DNA of 64,000 nt, from positions 2,144,001 through 2,208,000 of the forward strand of contig OY762007.1 in assembly GCA_963665115.1 (NCBI GenBank). The letters run 5' to 3'. Of the stretch, positions 1 to 11,914 are shown piece by piece. Each line of letters starts with the position of its first letter. The first letter of the stretch is position 1. The position numbers and the translations under genes are program-made. This DNA is from an uncultured Rivularia sp. GTDB lineage: Bacteria; Cyanobacteriota; Cyanobacteriia; Cyanobacteriales; Nostocaceae. Under the pieces are notes generated by a model. It saw only the letters and a program-made list of their open reading frames with translations, had not been told where the DNA came from and did not search any database.

Positions 1-31
1 TATCATACAGATAAATTAACAGAAATTAACA

Positions 32-457
32 ATGGTAGAACCCCCAATTAAAAAATCTGACCGTCAACCAAAACCGGAAGCTGAAGGCAGTTCTGATAAG
101 AGTCCCGATCAAAGCTTTACTCCTCCCGTCAAATCAGCAGGCAGTTCTGAAAAAAAGAGTTTTGCACCTCCGGTAAAAACAGATCGTAAAGATAGAGACA
201 GCGATAGAGATAACGATAGAGGTAGAGGCAAAGGTAAAGGTAGAGGTAGAAAATCATCTGAAAGAGATGAAATCAAGGCTCCAGTTAGTCTTGCATTAGC
301 ACGCCCTCCCAAGCCAAGCAAGCCTCCCGTTAAAGTTGAAGCTGAACCAGAAGAAGTTTCAGAAACTGTTGCCGAAGATCGAGATTCTAATGAAGCACCA
401 TCAGAAGTTGTTGCAGAAGAATCTCAAGATTCTAGTGAAGAACAAAGCAATTCATAG
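32..457 (+). CDS. Hypothetical low-complexity, charged/Pro-rich protein
   Basis: 141-aa ORF with an ATG start. K/S/P/E/R-rich, with DR and GRG repeats; no recognisable domain. Confidence 0.65.
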   Translation: MVEPPIKKSDRQPKPEAEGSSDKSPDQSFTPPVKSAGSSEKKSFAPPVKTDRKDRDSDRDNDRGRGKGKGRGRKSSERDEIKAPVSLALARPPKPSKPPVKVEAEPEEVSETVAEDRDSNEAPSEVVAEESQDSSEEQSNS

Positions 458-477
458 CTTGTGCTTTTAGAAGAAGA

Positions 478-578
478 AGAGGGGGAAGAGGGGGAAGAGG
501 GGGAAGAAGGGGAAGATTAAATAATTGAGAACTCCTCATTCCTGACTCCTAACTCCTAACTCCTCATTCTTAACTCCC
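478..578. repeat. Short tandem repeats (GGGGAAGAG 9-mers; ACTCCTA heptamers, STRR-type)
   Basis: Visible tandem units between convergent genes. Confidence 0.85.
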
Positions 579-584
579 ATATCT

Positions 585-3330
585 TTACTTTTTCACACGT
601 TCGCCAAAGCGGATTAATCTTTCAATCATTGCCAGACGGTTTTCCCAAACTCCTACTTGATAGGGGTTATTCAAAGCTTGTTGCTGCATTAATGTTCTAA
701 ATTGAGATTGAAAGCGAGTCAATGATGCTTTCGTTGTTTGTAAGTTAGCTTGAGATGGAGATTTTGCAAGTTGATTTAAAGCGTTTTCTAATATTTCTGC
801 TTGGCTGTTAAATTCGGAAATTCTGCTAGCAGACATTTGTAGTTGCTTATTCTCTAACGTAAATTTCCATTCTTTTTGTAGGGAAGCGTAACGTAAAGCA
901 GCAGTTTTGAATGGTTGACGGTAGGGAATCGGTTCGCGTTCGGTTTTACTACCTTGAGTGCTGCCCAAAACTTGCTGTAGCTGTTGATTTTGTAAGTTTT
1001 CGGCTGCGAATAATGCGTAACCACCTACTGGTAAATCTCTAATTAACTGTACTTGGTCAAATGCTCCTAAAGTCGGTAAATTTAATAGACGAATTCCGGG
1101 AACTAATAAGGTAGAACCTAACTTTCTCGATACAATCCAAGGCTGTGCTAATCTGCTAAAAGTTGGAGTATCTAAAGCGTAAGTCATGGGAACAATTAAG
1201 TCTATATCGCCTCGTTTGGCCCAAACTTCCCAATGTTGCTGTAATTTACCAATCCTTTCTTGTTCCGGTAGAGGAAACACCGCTACGGACATAATTAAAT
1301 CGGATTTTTTTTGCCGCATTTTTTGCGAAACTTGAGCGACAAAGCTATCTATTTGCTGAGTACGAAAAGCCGTCCATTTTTGCCAGATATCGCGTTGGCT
1401 TGGTGAAATTTTGAGCGGATCGACTCCATAACGCTGTTTAAATTGCGATCGCGCTGCTTTCCCATAACCATAACTGCGGTTTCGTTGATGATCTTGGAAA
1501 GGATAGCGGATGTAATCCAAATGTAAGCCGTCTACGTTATAGTTGGTAACAATTTCTTCGTACTGATTTAATAAATACTGTCGTAATTGAGGATTTGCAG
1601 GGTCAAAAAATGGTTTATTTTGACCTTGGGGAATCATCTTTCCGCGTCTATCGTAACCAGCCCAATCGGGATGAACGGCAAGTACTGGGCCTGGATAGTT
1701 AGTGTTAATACCCAAAAGTTTATTATGTCGCTGGTTTCCGGCCGCAAAAACCCATACCCAGGCGTGTAATTCCATACCTCTGTCATGGGCTAATTTGACG
1801 GCGGATTTTAACGGGTCCCAGTCACGAGTTAAAGGATTTTGCTGGGGTGCTACTTTACTCGGATAGACTGTATAACCTGCATTAACCGTTTCAAAAAATA
1901 CCGTATTAATACCCGCTTGCGAAAGTCGATCGAAAACTTGGGCTAATCCTTGCTCATTTCTAGCCTTAACAATAGTTCCTCTATCGAGCCAAATTGCTCG
2001 GATTTCCGGTTGAGCAAACCTTTGATTTACCGGAAACTGATTCCATAAAGAAGCTTTTGCAGCTAACCATTGTTTGCGAGCTTCAGCGTATTTTCTCTTT
2101 GCAACTAACTGCGGTAGTTTTTGGACAACTTCTTTAGCTTGTGATAGGGCTTGTTGACTGCCAAAAGTCAATGTTGCAGGTTGACTGGATGCAAATTGTG
2201 CGGGTTGAGCTTGTGCAGCTGGAGTTCGGTTATTTATCGCTGCAACAGCTAGATTCGCGCTTTCAACTCGACCAATTAATTTTAGTAATTCTTGCTGTAG
2301 CGCTGCTGTTTCATTACGGCTAATTGGTTTGCGGGAATTGGGTTTAACATCCAGCCGAACCTTATCTTGCAAATTATCTATTGCTTCATCGGATAGCTCA
2401 TCGGAACGTTGGAAGTTGATATTCCTAGAAGTATTATCGGGAATAACGGCAGTAATTTTAGACGGAATAGAAGTATTTGTTTGTGTTGGCGTAGTGGAAT
2501 TTATTGTGGGTAAATTTTGACTACTATTTCTATTAGTAGGATTTGTCGCAGGTATTTTGGCAACAGCAGGGTTATCACACTCAGTTGCACCACCTGGAAT
2601 ACTTTTAACGGCATTTGGCGTTGCGTGTCGTTTTACCGCAGCTTGTAACCAAGCACTATCTAAACTGGGATTTGCAGCGCTATCAACTCCCCATCTCCAA
2701 CCGAAAAAAGTAGAACGCGAGGTAGCTAAAACGGCTGCGGAATTATTTTGAGATTCCCATAGTGCAGCAGCTTGATTGGGTGAGTTGGGAACCACAACAC
2801 CACCGCGCACTTCTCCAATTAAATCTTTGTTATTAGCCCATCGCTGCAATTTATCTTTAGAAGGTTGAAGTTTCTGCGGTGTATCTAAACTAAATCCCCA
2901 GTAACCTCCCAAAACATTTTTAATTAATCGACGTACCCCCGGAGCAGATAAACTTCCTACGGGGGCCACTAGCAATCACACTTCCACCTTTACTTACCCA
3001 TTCTTCCAAGCTAATTGCTTGCGACGGCGTTAATGTTTCCACATTAGGTAAAAGTAGTACCGTGCGGCTTCCCCAATCAGCAGTATTTCTGATGCTATTC
3101 AAAGGAATCACGCAGTAGTTAACCCCAGCTTCTTCAAGACGAGTAGTTATACCCTTCCACTGGTTAGCATTTTCGCGACTTTGAATTACGCTGATAACAG
3201 TTTCAGTTGCTGCGACAGCAGGTAAAATATTAAATAAAATACAAGCCAAAAATTGGCATTTAAAAAATAGTAATCCAGTTTTGATAGATTTTAATTTAAC
3301 TTTTCTAATTCCTTTAAGTTGATTCGTCAC
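585..3330 (-). CDS. Family 10-like glycoside hydrolase (DUF187/GHL10), split by a +1 frameshift at ~2961-2965
   Basis: ORF 585..2975 has EIRAIWLD, GMELHAW, FFDPANP and GLHLDYIRYP motifs. ORF 2920..3330 carries the signal-peptide-like N-terminus. Removing one base from the G5 run gives the continuous reading ...VIASGPVGSLSAPG... Confidence 0.85.
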
Positions 3331-3868
3331 TATTTATTCCCCATTCGATTTTGGATTTTGGATTTTGGATTGGCGCTAAGATATTTAGTAATAGTTAGGT
3401 TAAATTTGATTTAAGTTAAATTAAATTCAAGTAAAAAGTTAATTAATAAAAGATTTTGCTATTAATCAGAATTTTACAAAATATTTATTATAGATAAACT
3501 ACTCCCTTTCCGCTCTATAATTACCTATCTCTCCATCTCTTTCCTCACCCCTCTCTTTCTTGAAAAGTTGTGGCTCTTCAAGAAAGTCTATGTCAAACGC
3601 GGACACGCTGAGCCGCACCTTCGGTGAACGTTAACGCTGCGTCTCTGCGGTTTTTTATAGGTAATGTCCCACCAGGAAAAGGGTAGCAATTTGCTAATAG
3701 CTCGGAAGCATCCTAATTGTTGAAAAACTTGGGACGCTCCAGTCTATGTACAGCCAAAAGACAATTAAAAATATTCTTTATGGAAAAACCACGATCAAAT
3801 TAGAATAGTAAAATAACTAAAAAATAAATATAAGATTGATTTTATTCATAACTCCCAATTTCTAACTC

Positions 3869-5206
3869 CTAACTCCTAGTTCCTAACTTTTGTACGCAAC
3901 TTTCGATCAACTCTTCAACAGTTGCTACAGGAAAAATTTTTGTTTTTAAACTGCTAGCTACTTCCTCAACTGTTTTATCATCGAGAAAAATTGATTCTCC
4001 GTGCTTTAACATTACATTCGGCAGTAAAATTCCATCTCCTAAATCTTCATTTTGTAATTTTAAAAGTAAATCTTGCCCAGTTAATAAACCAGTAACGCTA
4101 ATATCTTGTCCCCAATAATCGCTGGATAAAGCACGCATATTAACCGATAAACCTTCAACCGAATTTAACTGTTTTACAAGAGGTTGAAAAGCTTGCTCAA
4201 CAGCATTTCCTACTACCCAAGTTAATTTCCGTGGTTCAACTTTCTGCGGTAATAATTCCCGTGCAGTTTGCAAAAACTCTTTGATAAACAAACGAATCGA
4301 ACCTACACCATTATCAATTTGGGGATAATCTTCGTATTCAGCTTCACATGGTAAATCCTCACCTGCAATTAAAAACCATTCATCGGCTAGCCAAATGCAA
4401 TTTGAACCAACACTTTCTTTTAATTCTTGCTGCAACTTCCGCACTTGAGTAATTACTTCTCGTCCTTTCTCCCGTGTCACGGGTATAAGTTCATCCTCTT
4501 GGGGACGAAACCGCGTTAAGCCTACTGGAACAACTGCAACAGAAGCCACAGCAGGTAATTCGCCAGTATGAAAAGACGCTAAGTCGCGCAGAGTTGTTTC
4601 TAAGTGTAAGGCATCATTGATACCAGGGCAAACAACTACTTGTGCGTGAATTTGTAATCGTCTTTCCTGAAACCACTTGATATGCTGTAAAATCTCTCCC
4701 GCACGTTGATTCTTTAACAATCTAATTCTTACTTCGGGTTCGGTAGCATGAACGGATACATAAAGCGGCGACAAACGCATCTGTTCGATTCTTTCCCATT
4801 CCCGTTGCGGTAGATTCGTTAAAGTCAAATAAGAACCATACAGAAAACTTAAGCGATAATCATCATCTTTAAAGTAAAGACTAGAACGTTTACCCGGTGG
4901 CTGTTGATCGATAAAACAGAAAGGACAACGATTATTGCACTGGATTAAACCATCAAAAAGCGCCGTTTCAAACTCTAAACCTAAATCATCATCGTAATCT
5001 TTTTCAATTTCAATTTGATGAGTTTTTCCCTTTTCATCTAAAATTTCTAAATCTAAAACTTCATCAGCACATAAAAACTGATAATCAATCAAATCGCGAG
5101 GATGCATACCATTAATACTAACGATTGCATCACCTACCTCAAATCCAATTTCAGCACCAATAGAATCGGGCAATATCTTTGTAATACGAGCGGGTTTGAT
5201 ATTCAT
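3869..5206 (-). CDS. PDZ-domain putative radical SAM / Fe-S protein (TIGR03279, DUF512)
   Basis: N-terminal PDZ-like segment, CNNRCPFC (CxxxCxxC), FKDDDYRLSFLYGSY and YPQIDNGVG. Confidence 0.9.
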   Translation of the reverse strand: MNIKPARITKILPDSIGAEIGFEVGDAIVSINGMHPRDLIDYQFLCADEVLDLEILDEKGKTHQIEIEKDYDDDLGLEFETALFDGLIQCNNRCPFCFIDQQPPGKRSSLYFKDDDYRLSFLYGSYLTLTNLPQREWERIEQMRLSPLYVSVHATEPEVRIRLLKNQRAGEILQHIKWFQERRLQIHAQVVVCPGINDALHLETTLRDLASFHTGELPAVASVAVVPVGLTRFRPQEDELIPVTREKGREVITQVRKLQQELKESVGSNCIWLADEWFLIAGEDLPCEAEYEDYPQIDNGVGSIRLFIKEFLQTARELLPQKVEPRKLTWVVGNAVEQAFQPLVKQLNSVEGLSVNMRALSSDYWGQDISVTGLLTGQDLLLKLQNEDLGDGILLPNVMLKHGESIFLDDKTVEEVASSLKTKIFPVATVEELIESCVQKLGTRS

Positions 5207-5216
5207 GAGTTAGGAA

Positions 5217-5510
5217 TGTAGAGACGTAGCAGTGCTACGTCTCCATAATTAAGTTAGTAGGTTGGGTTGGGTTGCAAGAAGAATTATAGTTTTTAATTAA
5301 AAATTGATGCTGCAACCTAACCCAACATTGCATTTTTTATTCGTCAATATTCATCAATATCCTACATCCTCGCCGCGATAATGTTATTTATTCAGCATGG
5401 TGATGTTGGGTTACGACACGATTAACAAATATTGTCGTCACAAGCCTTCATTTTAAAGGGTTCGTTTTGCCCGTAACCGTCGGGAGACGTAGCACTGCTA
5501 CGTCTCTACA
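5217..5510. mobile_element. MITE/REP-like element with perfect 27-bp terminal inverted repeats
   Basis: TGTAGAGACGTAGCAGTGCTACGTCTC (5217-5243) is the exact reverse complement of 5484-5510. Internal GTTGGGTT/AACCCAAC inverted motifs are also present. Confidence 0.7.
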
Positions 5511-5531
5511 ACTGCTAACCTTTAATTACTC

Positions 5532-6563
5532 CTAACTATTCTCCAGAAATCCCGCAGCAATTCCACCCAATATAAAGATTCCAAATATTAATCGATACCA
5601 AACAAACACCCAGGTACTTTGAGTTTTTAGAAAGCGCAACAAACTGGCGATCGCCAAGTAAGAAAATACTGCTGACGAAATTATGCCTGCGACTAAAGAA
5701 ACTATCTGACTTCCATCAACTCCTGCGGCAAAGAAATCTTGTAATTGTACTAATCCAGCTATAGAAATCGCTGGAATACCTAGCAAAAAAGAAAATCTGG
5801 CTGCGGTTTCTCGTTCTAAATTTAAAAATAATCCCGCCGTTAAAGTCGAACCCGATCGACTTACACCCGGTATCAGCGCTAAAGCTTGAGCAACACCCAT
5901 AAACAATCCATCTAACATTACGAGATTTTCAAAGTCGCGCTGGCGCTTGCTGAATTTCTCCGCCAATCCCAACAGTATTGACATGACTATAGAAGCAATT
6001 GCGATCGCGCTCATACTCCGCAGCGGTGAGTTATCAAAGTCGGGAATAAAAATTTTGATGATAATTCCGCAAAACAATATAGGTAGCGTGCCAAAGAAGA
6101 TACCCATGCACAAGCGAAAATCAAAGTCCATATAGTCTTTTAGGGCGATCGCTCTGGTAGCACCTTTAAAAATCCTCGACAAATCTTTCCAGAAATACCA
6201 CAGCACCGCTGCAATACTTCCCAATTGAATCACCGCACTAAAAGCGACTCCTGGATCTCCCCAACCAAGCGCGACTGGAACGACTTTTAAATGCGCCGTA
6301 CTGCTAATTGGTAAAAACTCTGTTGCACCTTGTACAAAGCCCAAGAAAATTGCTTGCCACACGTTCATTTGCTGTACGCCATCAACAGCACCTGAAGCTT
6401 GGCTGGCAAAAGTTTTTATTGGATGTATTGCGATGCTGAATATGGCGGATGCTACAGTTAAAAACCAGAATAATTGACGTTGAAAACTCCGTATATTTGT
6501 TCTCATCATTAAAACAAAACCAAACCTTCCAGTTTTACGCAGCTTTTTGTCATTATTCATCAC
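5532..6563 (-). CDS. uppP: Undecaprenyl-diphosphate phosphatase (BacA family); start uncertain, possibly a downstream Met
   Basis: QGATEFLPISSTAH, PGVSRSGST and AARFSFLLGIP motifs. Confidence 0.93.
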   Translation of the reverse strand: MMNNDKKLRKTGRFGFVLMMRTNIRSFQRQLFWFLTVASAIFSIAIHPIKTFASQASGAVDGVQQMNVWQAIFLGFVQGATEFLPISSTAHLKVVPVALGWGDPGVAFSAVIQLGSIAAVLWYFWKDLSRIFKGATRAIALKDYMDFDFRLCMGIFFGTLPILFCGIIIKIFIPDFDNSPLRSMSAIAIASIVMSILLGLAEKFSKRQRDFENLVMLDGLFMGVAQALALIPGVSRSGSTLTAGLFLNLERETAARFSFLLGIPAISIAGLVQLQDFFAAGVDGSQIVSLVAGIISSAVFSYLAIASLLRFLKTQSTWVFVWYRLIFGIFILGGIAAGFLENS

Positions 6564-6863
6564 AATCCGCCAGTCATTGTATTTTAGATTTTGGATTTTG
6601 GATTGGGAGTTAGGAGTTAGGAGTTAAGAGTGAGGAGTTAAGAGTTAAAAAACTTTTTTATGTAAACTTCCGATCGTACTTACTTTTTTTTACCCGTTCA
6701 CTTCCTATGCCCAATTCCCAATGCCCAATTACCAATTCCTAATGTCTATATCTTGCACAAACAACTAACACACTCAAGGCTACGACAATACAAACAGTTA
6801 TCAGTTACCAGTTACTAGTTATCAATCAACAGCTGATAATTGATAATTGTTCATTGTCTTTTC

Positions 6864-7827
6864 TTACGCATCCTGAAGTACACCGAAATATAATCCAGCT
6901 AAGATAGCGATACCAAATATTACGCGATACCACACGAATACCCAGGTGCTTTTGGTTTTAAGAAATTCTACTAACCAAGCAATTGCTAAATAAGAAAATA
7001 TTCCTGATGATATTACAGATGCTACCAAGGTAATAATTTCTGAATTATTAACTCCAACTTCTAATAAGTCTTTAACTGAAATTAAGCCAGCTAAAGTAAT
7101 TGCGGGAATTCCTAATAAAAATGAGAACCTTGCTGCTGTTCCCCTTTCCAATCCCATAAATAATCCTGCTGTCAAAGTTGAACCGCTTCGAGAAGCCCCA
7201 GGTACTAACGCTAAAGCTTGAGCGCAGCCCATTAATATGCCATCACCCATTGTTAATTTGTCAAAATTGCGCTGTCTGCTGCCTTTCATTTCTGCCAATC
7301 CCAACAGTATGCCCATCACAATTGACACAACTGCAATTACACCCATACCTCTTACAGTATTTTCGTAAAATTCTTCAAACACAACTTTGAGTAAAAGCCC
7401 TAAAACTACTATTGGGAATGTTCCGATGGCAATTCCTAGAGCGATGCGGAAATCGGTATCTTGATAATCTTTACGTCTAATAGCAATATACGCACCTGTA
7501 AGAAACCCGCTTTAAATCTCCCCAAAAGTACCAAAGCACAGCCACAATACTACCAAGCTGAATCGCTGCACTAAAAGCAGAACCTGGATCTCCCCAACCT
7601 AATGCAACTGGTACGGCTTTTAAATGCGCCGTGCTACTGATGGGCAAAAATTCTGTTGCACCTTGCACGAAACCTAGAAAAATGCCCTGCCATAAGTTCA
7701 TTTGCGAAGCTGCATCAACAGGAGTACTCGCATCTTGACTCAGAACTTTCAACGGAAATGCCGCTACTGATAAAACACCACTTCCTACCATCAATAAGGG
7801 AAACAGCAAACGTTTGGATACAGCCAT
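6864..7827 (-). CDS. uppP: Second undecaprenyl-diphosphate phosphatase paralog, split by a +1 frameshift at ~7503-7505
   Basis: 7477..7827 has QGATEFLPISSTAH; 6864..7382 has PGASRSGST and AARFSFLL. Removing one base gives ...GDLKRVLTGAYIAIRRKDYQDTDFRIALG..., collinear with the neighbouring paralog. Confidence 0.88.
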
Positions 7828-8127
7828 GAATACACCTATCTACCCGTAATTACCAACGATTACACTTTCAACTACTTCTGTACTGTCTACAGGAAAAAAT
7901 ACGCCAGTTAAAAATAATATTTCCTGTTTGCTTAGAATTGTGAAGCCCAATTCTCGCTACAGCATACCCGTAAACTTCACTTTATTCTTTGTGTTTTTTT
8001 TAAAGATTTCATAGTTGGCTACAATTGAGGTATCATGGATATGCCCCCCAGGGGGATACTAGATAGCCTCTAAAGGGTTGATCTAATACCTTAAGAAAAG
8101 TTAATATTTGTAAAGAATATTAAAATT

Positions 8128-8961
8128 TTGACTAATAATACGTTGTATTCATATCCAGTTTTTAACCTTGTGACTCAAACAGTTGAAAGCCTCAAATCCT
8201 TAAAAATCAACACAATAGCGAATCAAAAAGTGATAAGCACAGCAATACCCTTATATAAAGAGAAAGATGAGAATGTGACATCTTTTTCAACTTCTTCCTT
8301 AATACCTCTCTCTTTTGGGGTTACATCTCGACAAGCTCTACTGGTATTTACTGCTGCGGTATTTCTGGTATCGGTGCCTGTATTCATTGAAGCGCCGCTG
8401 GTAAGAGTACTGCCGTGGTTGAGTGTAGCTCTAACAGTGGGATGGATATGGCTGAGTAAATTATTAATGTCGCGGAGTGCGACTTATGTTTGGGGAGATT
8501 TACTTGTAGGTTTTAGCTGGAGTTGGTTAGCTGGCTCTATATATTGGGGTTGGTTGCGCTGGGAACCTTTATGGCATTTGCCCGTAGAATCAATCGGTTT
8601 ACCCTTTGCGATGTGGTGTTTGTATCGAAATTGGGGAAAAGTCGGTAACTGGTTTTATTTTGGTTCGTTAGTTGGCACGGTTTTAACCGACATATATTTT
8701 TACATTGTGGACTTAATACCCTACTGGCGGCAGATTATGGTTGTAGAACCGGAAGCAGCAACACCCGTTTTAAAAGCAGCACTTTTACAAGTACAAACAC
8801 CAGCAGGGCAAGCTTGGGCGGTTGTTCTAGCCGTGGTGTTATTGAGTGTGGGGATTATACCTTTAAAATATAAGCAGCTGCACTGGTATGCTTTTAGTGG
8901 AGCAGTTTTAAGCACAATTTTAGTAGATAGCTTATTTTTAATCGCTGCTGTTATGGCTTAA
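8128..8961 (+). CDS. DUF3120-family membrane protein
   Basis: Multi-TM; FLVSVPVFIEAP, WGDLLVGFSWSWLAGSIYWGWLRWEP and HLPVE are typical of this cyanobacterial family. Confidence 0.8.
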   Translation: MTNNTLYSYPVFNLVTQTVESLKSLKINTIANQKVISTAIPLYKEKDENVTSFSTSSLIPLSFGVTSRQALLVFTAAVFLVSVPVFIEAPLVRVLPWLSVALTVGWIWLSKLLMSRSATYVWGDLLVGFSWSWLAGSIYWGWLRWEPLWHLPVESIGLPFAMWCLYRNWGKVGNWFYFGSLVGTVLTDIYFYIVDLIPYWRQIMVVEPEAATPVLKAALLQVQTPAGQAWAVVLAVVLLSVGIIPLKYKQLHWYAFSGAVLSTILVDSLFLIAAVMA

Positions 8962-9214
8962 GTTTGGGAATTCTGCTTTCCCAACGACTGTAATAGCTAA
9001 CAAAAGTTTTTTTTGCAAAAATCTTGCTCAAAATCCTTGGGAGTAAGTATTAGATATATTGATAAGCTATATATTAGTTTTTGATAACTGCTGTGTTTGA
9101 ATTAAGTTACTGACTACGAGCATCTGTCATTTATGCATTATCTGTAATGAATGGCATCTAAGTAGGATTTGGCTTAAAGCTTTATGTAAGTTTGATGGAA
9201 AGAGGTAGAAAATC

Positions 9215-9655
9215 GTGAAACGATTGGCGCATTTAGTAACAGTATTTAGTTTGTTAATCGGATTTTGGGGATTGTTAGGTTCCCACGGAGTAGCCCAAGC
9301 AGTAAATTTAAATCAATTTACTGTTAATAATGCTCCTATTTTTGCAATCGATTCATCCCGAGTATTGCGGAATCGAGCCGATGACAAACTTGCAGATGTT
9401 TATGGTGACAAAATTGATTTAAACAATACCAACATAGGAGCTTTTCAGAGATATAGAGGACTATATCCGACACTTGCTAAGAAGATAGTCTTCAACGCTC
9501 CCTACGACAATGTAGAAGATGTGCTGAATCTTCAAGGTATAAGCGACAGACAAAAACAACGCTTGGAAGCTAACTTGGAGAATTTCACGGTTAACCCACC
9601 AGATGAAATATTTATTGACGGCGATGAGCGCATCAATAACGGTATTTACAGATAA
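9215..9655 (+). CDS. psbU: Photosystem II 12 kDa extrinsic protein PsbU
   Basis: Signal peptide, [22 protein letters not shown] and C-terminal [11 protein letters not shown] start preceded by AGAGG. Confidence 0.96.
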   Translation: MKRLAHLVTVFSLLIGFWGLLGSHGVAQAVNLNQFTVNNAPIFAIDSSRVLRNRADDKLADVYGDKIDLNNTNIGAFQRYRGLYPTLAKKIVFNAPYDNVEDVLNLQGISDRQKQRLEANLENFTVNPPDEIFIDGDERINNGIYR

Positions 9656-9885
9656 TGGATTTGGGTACTGTTGATTTCGGTGTTTTTGTTTGAGATTCAG
9701 ATAATTCTCAAAATGATAAATTAAGAGATGTTGCCATGCAATGTCTCTTAATTAGGTATCTCCCAAAAACGTTTATATTTATATGGTTTTAAATTTACAA
9801 AAAATTTAACTCCCCTATCCCCTGGGTGGGGAAGTTCGCTGAAAAACTCTTGATTTAAGCTCTAAAGCTTTTAAAAATATAAATT

Positions 9886-11562
9886 TTGACGAAAAATACT
9901 CTTCAAAATAAATTTGATGTTTTAGTAGTGGGTGCTGGTGCAGCTGGACTATATACTGCTCTGTGTCTCCCTCAAGATTTACAAGTTGGCTTAATTACTA
10001 AAAAAACAATTTCCTTATCTGCTAGTGAATGGGCGCAAGGAGGTATTGCAGCGGCAGTTTCTCCCCAAGATTCTCCACAATTACACGTTGAAGATACTAT
10101 ACGTGCAGGTGCCGGTTTATGCGAACCTTCTGTAGTAAAATTTCTCGCCGAACAAGCTCCGGGCTGCATCCAATCTTTAGTTGATTTAGGAGTAACTTTC
10201 GATCGTAGCGGTTCTGAATTAGCTTTAACTTTAGAAGCAGCCCATTCTCGCCACAGAGTTCTTCATGCTGCCGATACCACGGGTTCGCGAGTAGTCACCA
10301 CTCTAAGCGCTCAAGTACTACAACGTCAGAATATCAAAATTATTCAACAGGCTTTAGCTTTAGATTTGTGGTTGCATCCAGAGACTGGACGTACTCAAGG
10401 AATCAGCTTATTCTTCCAAGACGAAATTAGATGGATTCAGGCTGGTGCGGTAATACTAGCAACAGGTGGTGGAGGCCAAGTTTTTGCTCAAACCACTAAT
10501 CCAGCTATTAGTACTGGTGATGGTGTAGCTATAGCTTGGAACGCTGGAGCAATTCTTAGAGATTTAGAGTTCATGCAGTTTCACCCTACTGCTTTAACAA
10601 AACTAGGTGCGGATCGATTTTTAATCAGCGAAGCAGTACGCGGTGAAGGGGCACATCTGATTGATAATCAAGGGCGACGCTTTGCATTTGACTATCATCC
10701 TTCTGGCGAACTAGCACCCCGAGACATAGTTAGTCGCGCCATTTTCACTCATTTGCAAAAAACAGAAAATGATCCCGCCAGTGCAAATGTATGGTTGGAC
10801 ATGAAACCTATTCCTCCTGAAAAAATTCGCTATCGCTTTCCTAACATTGTTAAAGTTTGTCAGCGCTGGGGAATCGATGTATTTTCAGAACCCATTCCCG
10901 TCGCACCAGCAGCTCATTATTGGATGGGTGGAATTAAAACAGATTTGATGAATCGTACTAGCATTCCAGGTTTATACGCAGTTGGAGAAACAGCCAGCAC
11001 CGGAGTTCATGGAGCGAATCGTTTGGCTAGTAACTCTCTACTAGAATGCATAGTTTTCGGCGCTCAAATGTCCAGTCTTAAATTAGAAGACAATATTGAG
11101 ATTGAGAATCAGCATCTATCTAAAGAAATATTCGAGATTAATCCCTCAGATAACAGTGAAGAATTTAAATATTTACAAGAATTACGAAGTGAGATACCCC
11201 GCTTAGTTTGGCAGTCTGCTGGAATTTGTCGAGAGCAATCGAGTTTAGATAAAGCAGTTTCTACTATCGAATCTTGGCGTAATGAATTCACCAATCTTCA
11301 CCTAAGTAAATTTCTATCTTCTTTAAATCCACCAAAGCCAGCTAGCTTTGAATCGGACAATGCTCAAAACCTGCTTTTGCTGTGGACGCAAGTCCGCAAT
11401 CTGCTCGATATAGCTAATTTGATTCTTAAAAGTGCTGCTTATAGAACTGAAAGCAGAGGAGGACATTATCGTCAGGATTACCCCCAATCCAATCCTGAAT
11501 GGCAAGTTCACACCTTAATACAAAACGATCGTTGGTGGAAAGAAGCGATTAATGGCGATTAA
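9886..11562 (+). CDS. nadB: L-aspartate oxidase
   Basis: GAGAAG FAD motif, WAQGGIAA, EAAHS, QFHPT, SEAVRGEG, GVHGANRLASNSLLE and ESRGGH. Confidence 0.96.
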   Translation: MTKNTLQNKFDVLVVGAGAAGLYTALCLPQDLQVGLITKKTISLSASEWAQGGIAAAVSPQDSPQLHVEDTIRAGAGLCEPSVVKFLAEQAPGCIQSLVDLGVTFDRSGSELALTLEAAHSRHRVLHAADTTGSRVVTTLSAQVLQRQNIKIIQQALALDLWLHPETGRTQGISLFFQDEIRWIQAGAVILATGGGGQVFAQTTNPAISTGDGVAIAWNAGAILRDLEFMQFHPTALTKLGADRFLISEAVRGEGAHLIDNQGRRFAFDYHPSGELAPRDIVSRAIFTHLQKTENDPASANVWLDMKPIPPEKIRYRFPNIVKVCQRWGIDVFSEPIPVAPAAHYWMGGIKTDLMNRTSIPGLYAVGETASTGVHGANRLASNSLLECIVFGAQMSSLKLEDNIEIENQHLSKEIFEINPSDNSEEFKYLQELRSEIPRLVWQSAGICREQSSLDKAVSTIESWRNEFTNLHLSKFLSSLNPPKPASFESDNAQNLLLLWTQVRNLLDIANLILKSAAYRTESRGGHYRQDYPQSNPEWQVHTLIQNDRWWKEAINGD

Positions 11563-11650
11563 AACAGGACAACAATGAGGGACTCGATCTGGGTATATTA
11601 ACTCTACCTATCTCAAATCAAATCACATTACTTCACTTAAAAGCCTTATA

Positions 11651-11914
11651 TCATCGGGTACCGCTACCATAAGCGCTTGAAGGACTACCAAAATTAGGGG
11701 GTTGATATCCTGATAAATCTTGAGAATCCTCTTCATATCTATCTAAGCTGTCTTGCGCGGCAGGAATTGCGTAATTAGGAACCCTACGATCTAAAGTCAA
11801 AGCGGCATCCGCAATTTTAGGAATTACCAAAGAAGCTCCAACAACAAAAAATATTGCGCTGCTAATCTTTAAACCATTTTCTAAAAAAGTTTGTGTATTG
11901 ATGTGAATATTCAT
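11651..11914 (-). CDS. Small putative secreted peptide precursor ending in PPNFGSPSSAYGSGTR
   Basis: 87 aa with a hydrophobic N-terminal segment, an ADA/AAL cleavage-like site and a C-terminal Pro/Gly motif. AGGA lies just upstream of the ATG. Confidence 0.7.
   Translation of the reverse strand: MNIHINTQTFLENGLKISSAIFFVVGASLVIPKIADAALTLDRRVPNYAIPAAQDSLDRYEEDSQDLSGYQPPNFGSPSSAYGSGTR

Noticed and set aside
3555..3760. Possible ncRNA (several hairpins, 9-bp AGTCTATGT direct repeat at 3585 and 3741)
   Set aside because: The hairpins resemble degenerate dispersed Nostocales palindromic repeats, and I recognised no RNA-family signature.
11651..11914. Calling the small peptide PatX or PatS
   Set aside because: It lacks the RGSGR pentapeptide (it has YGSGTR).
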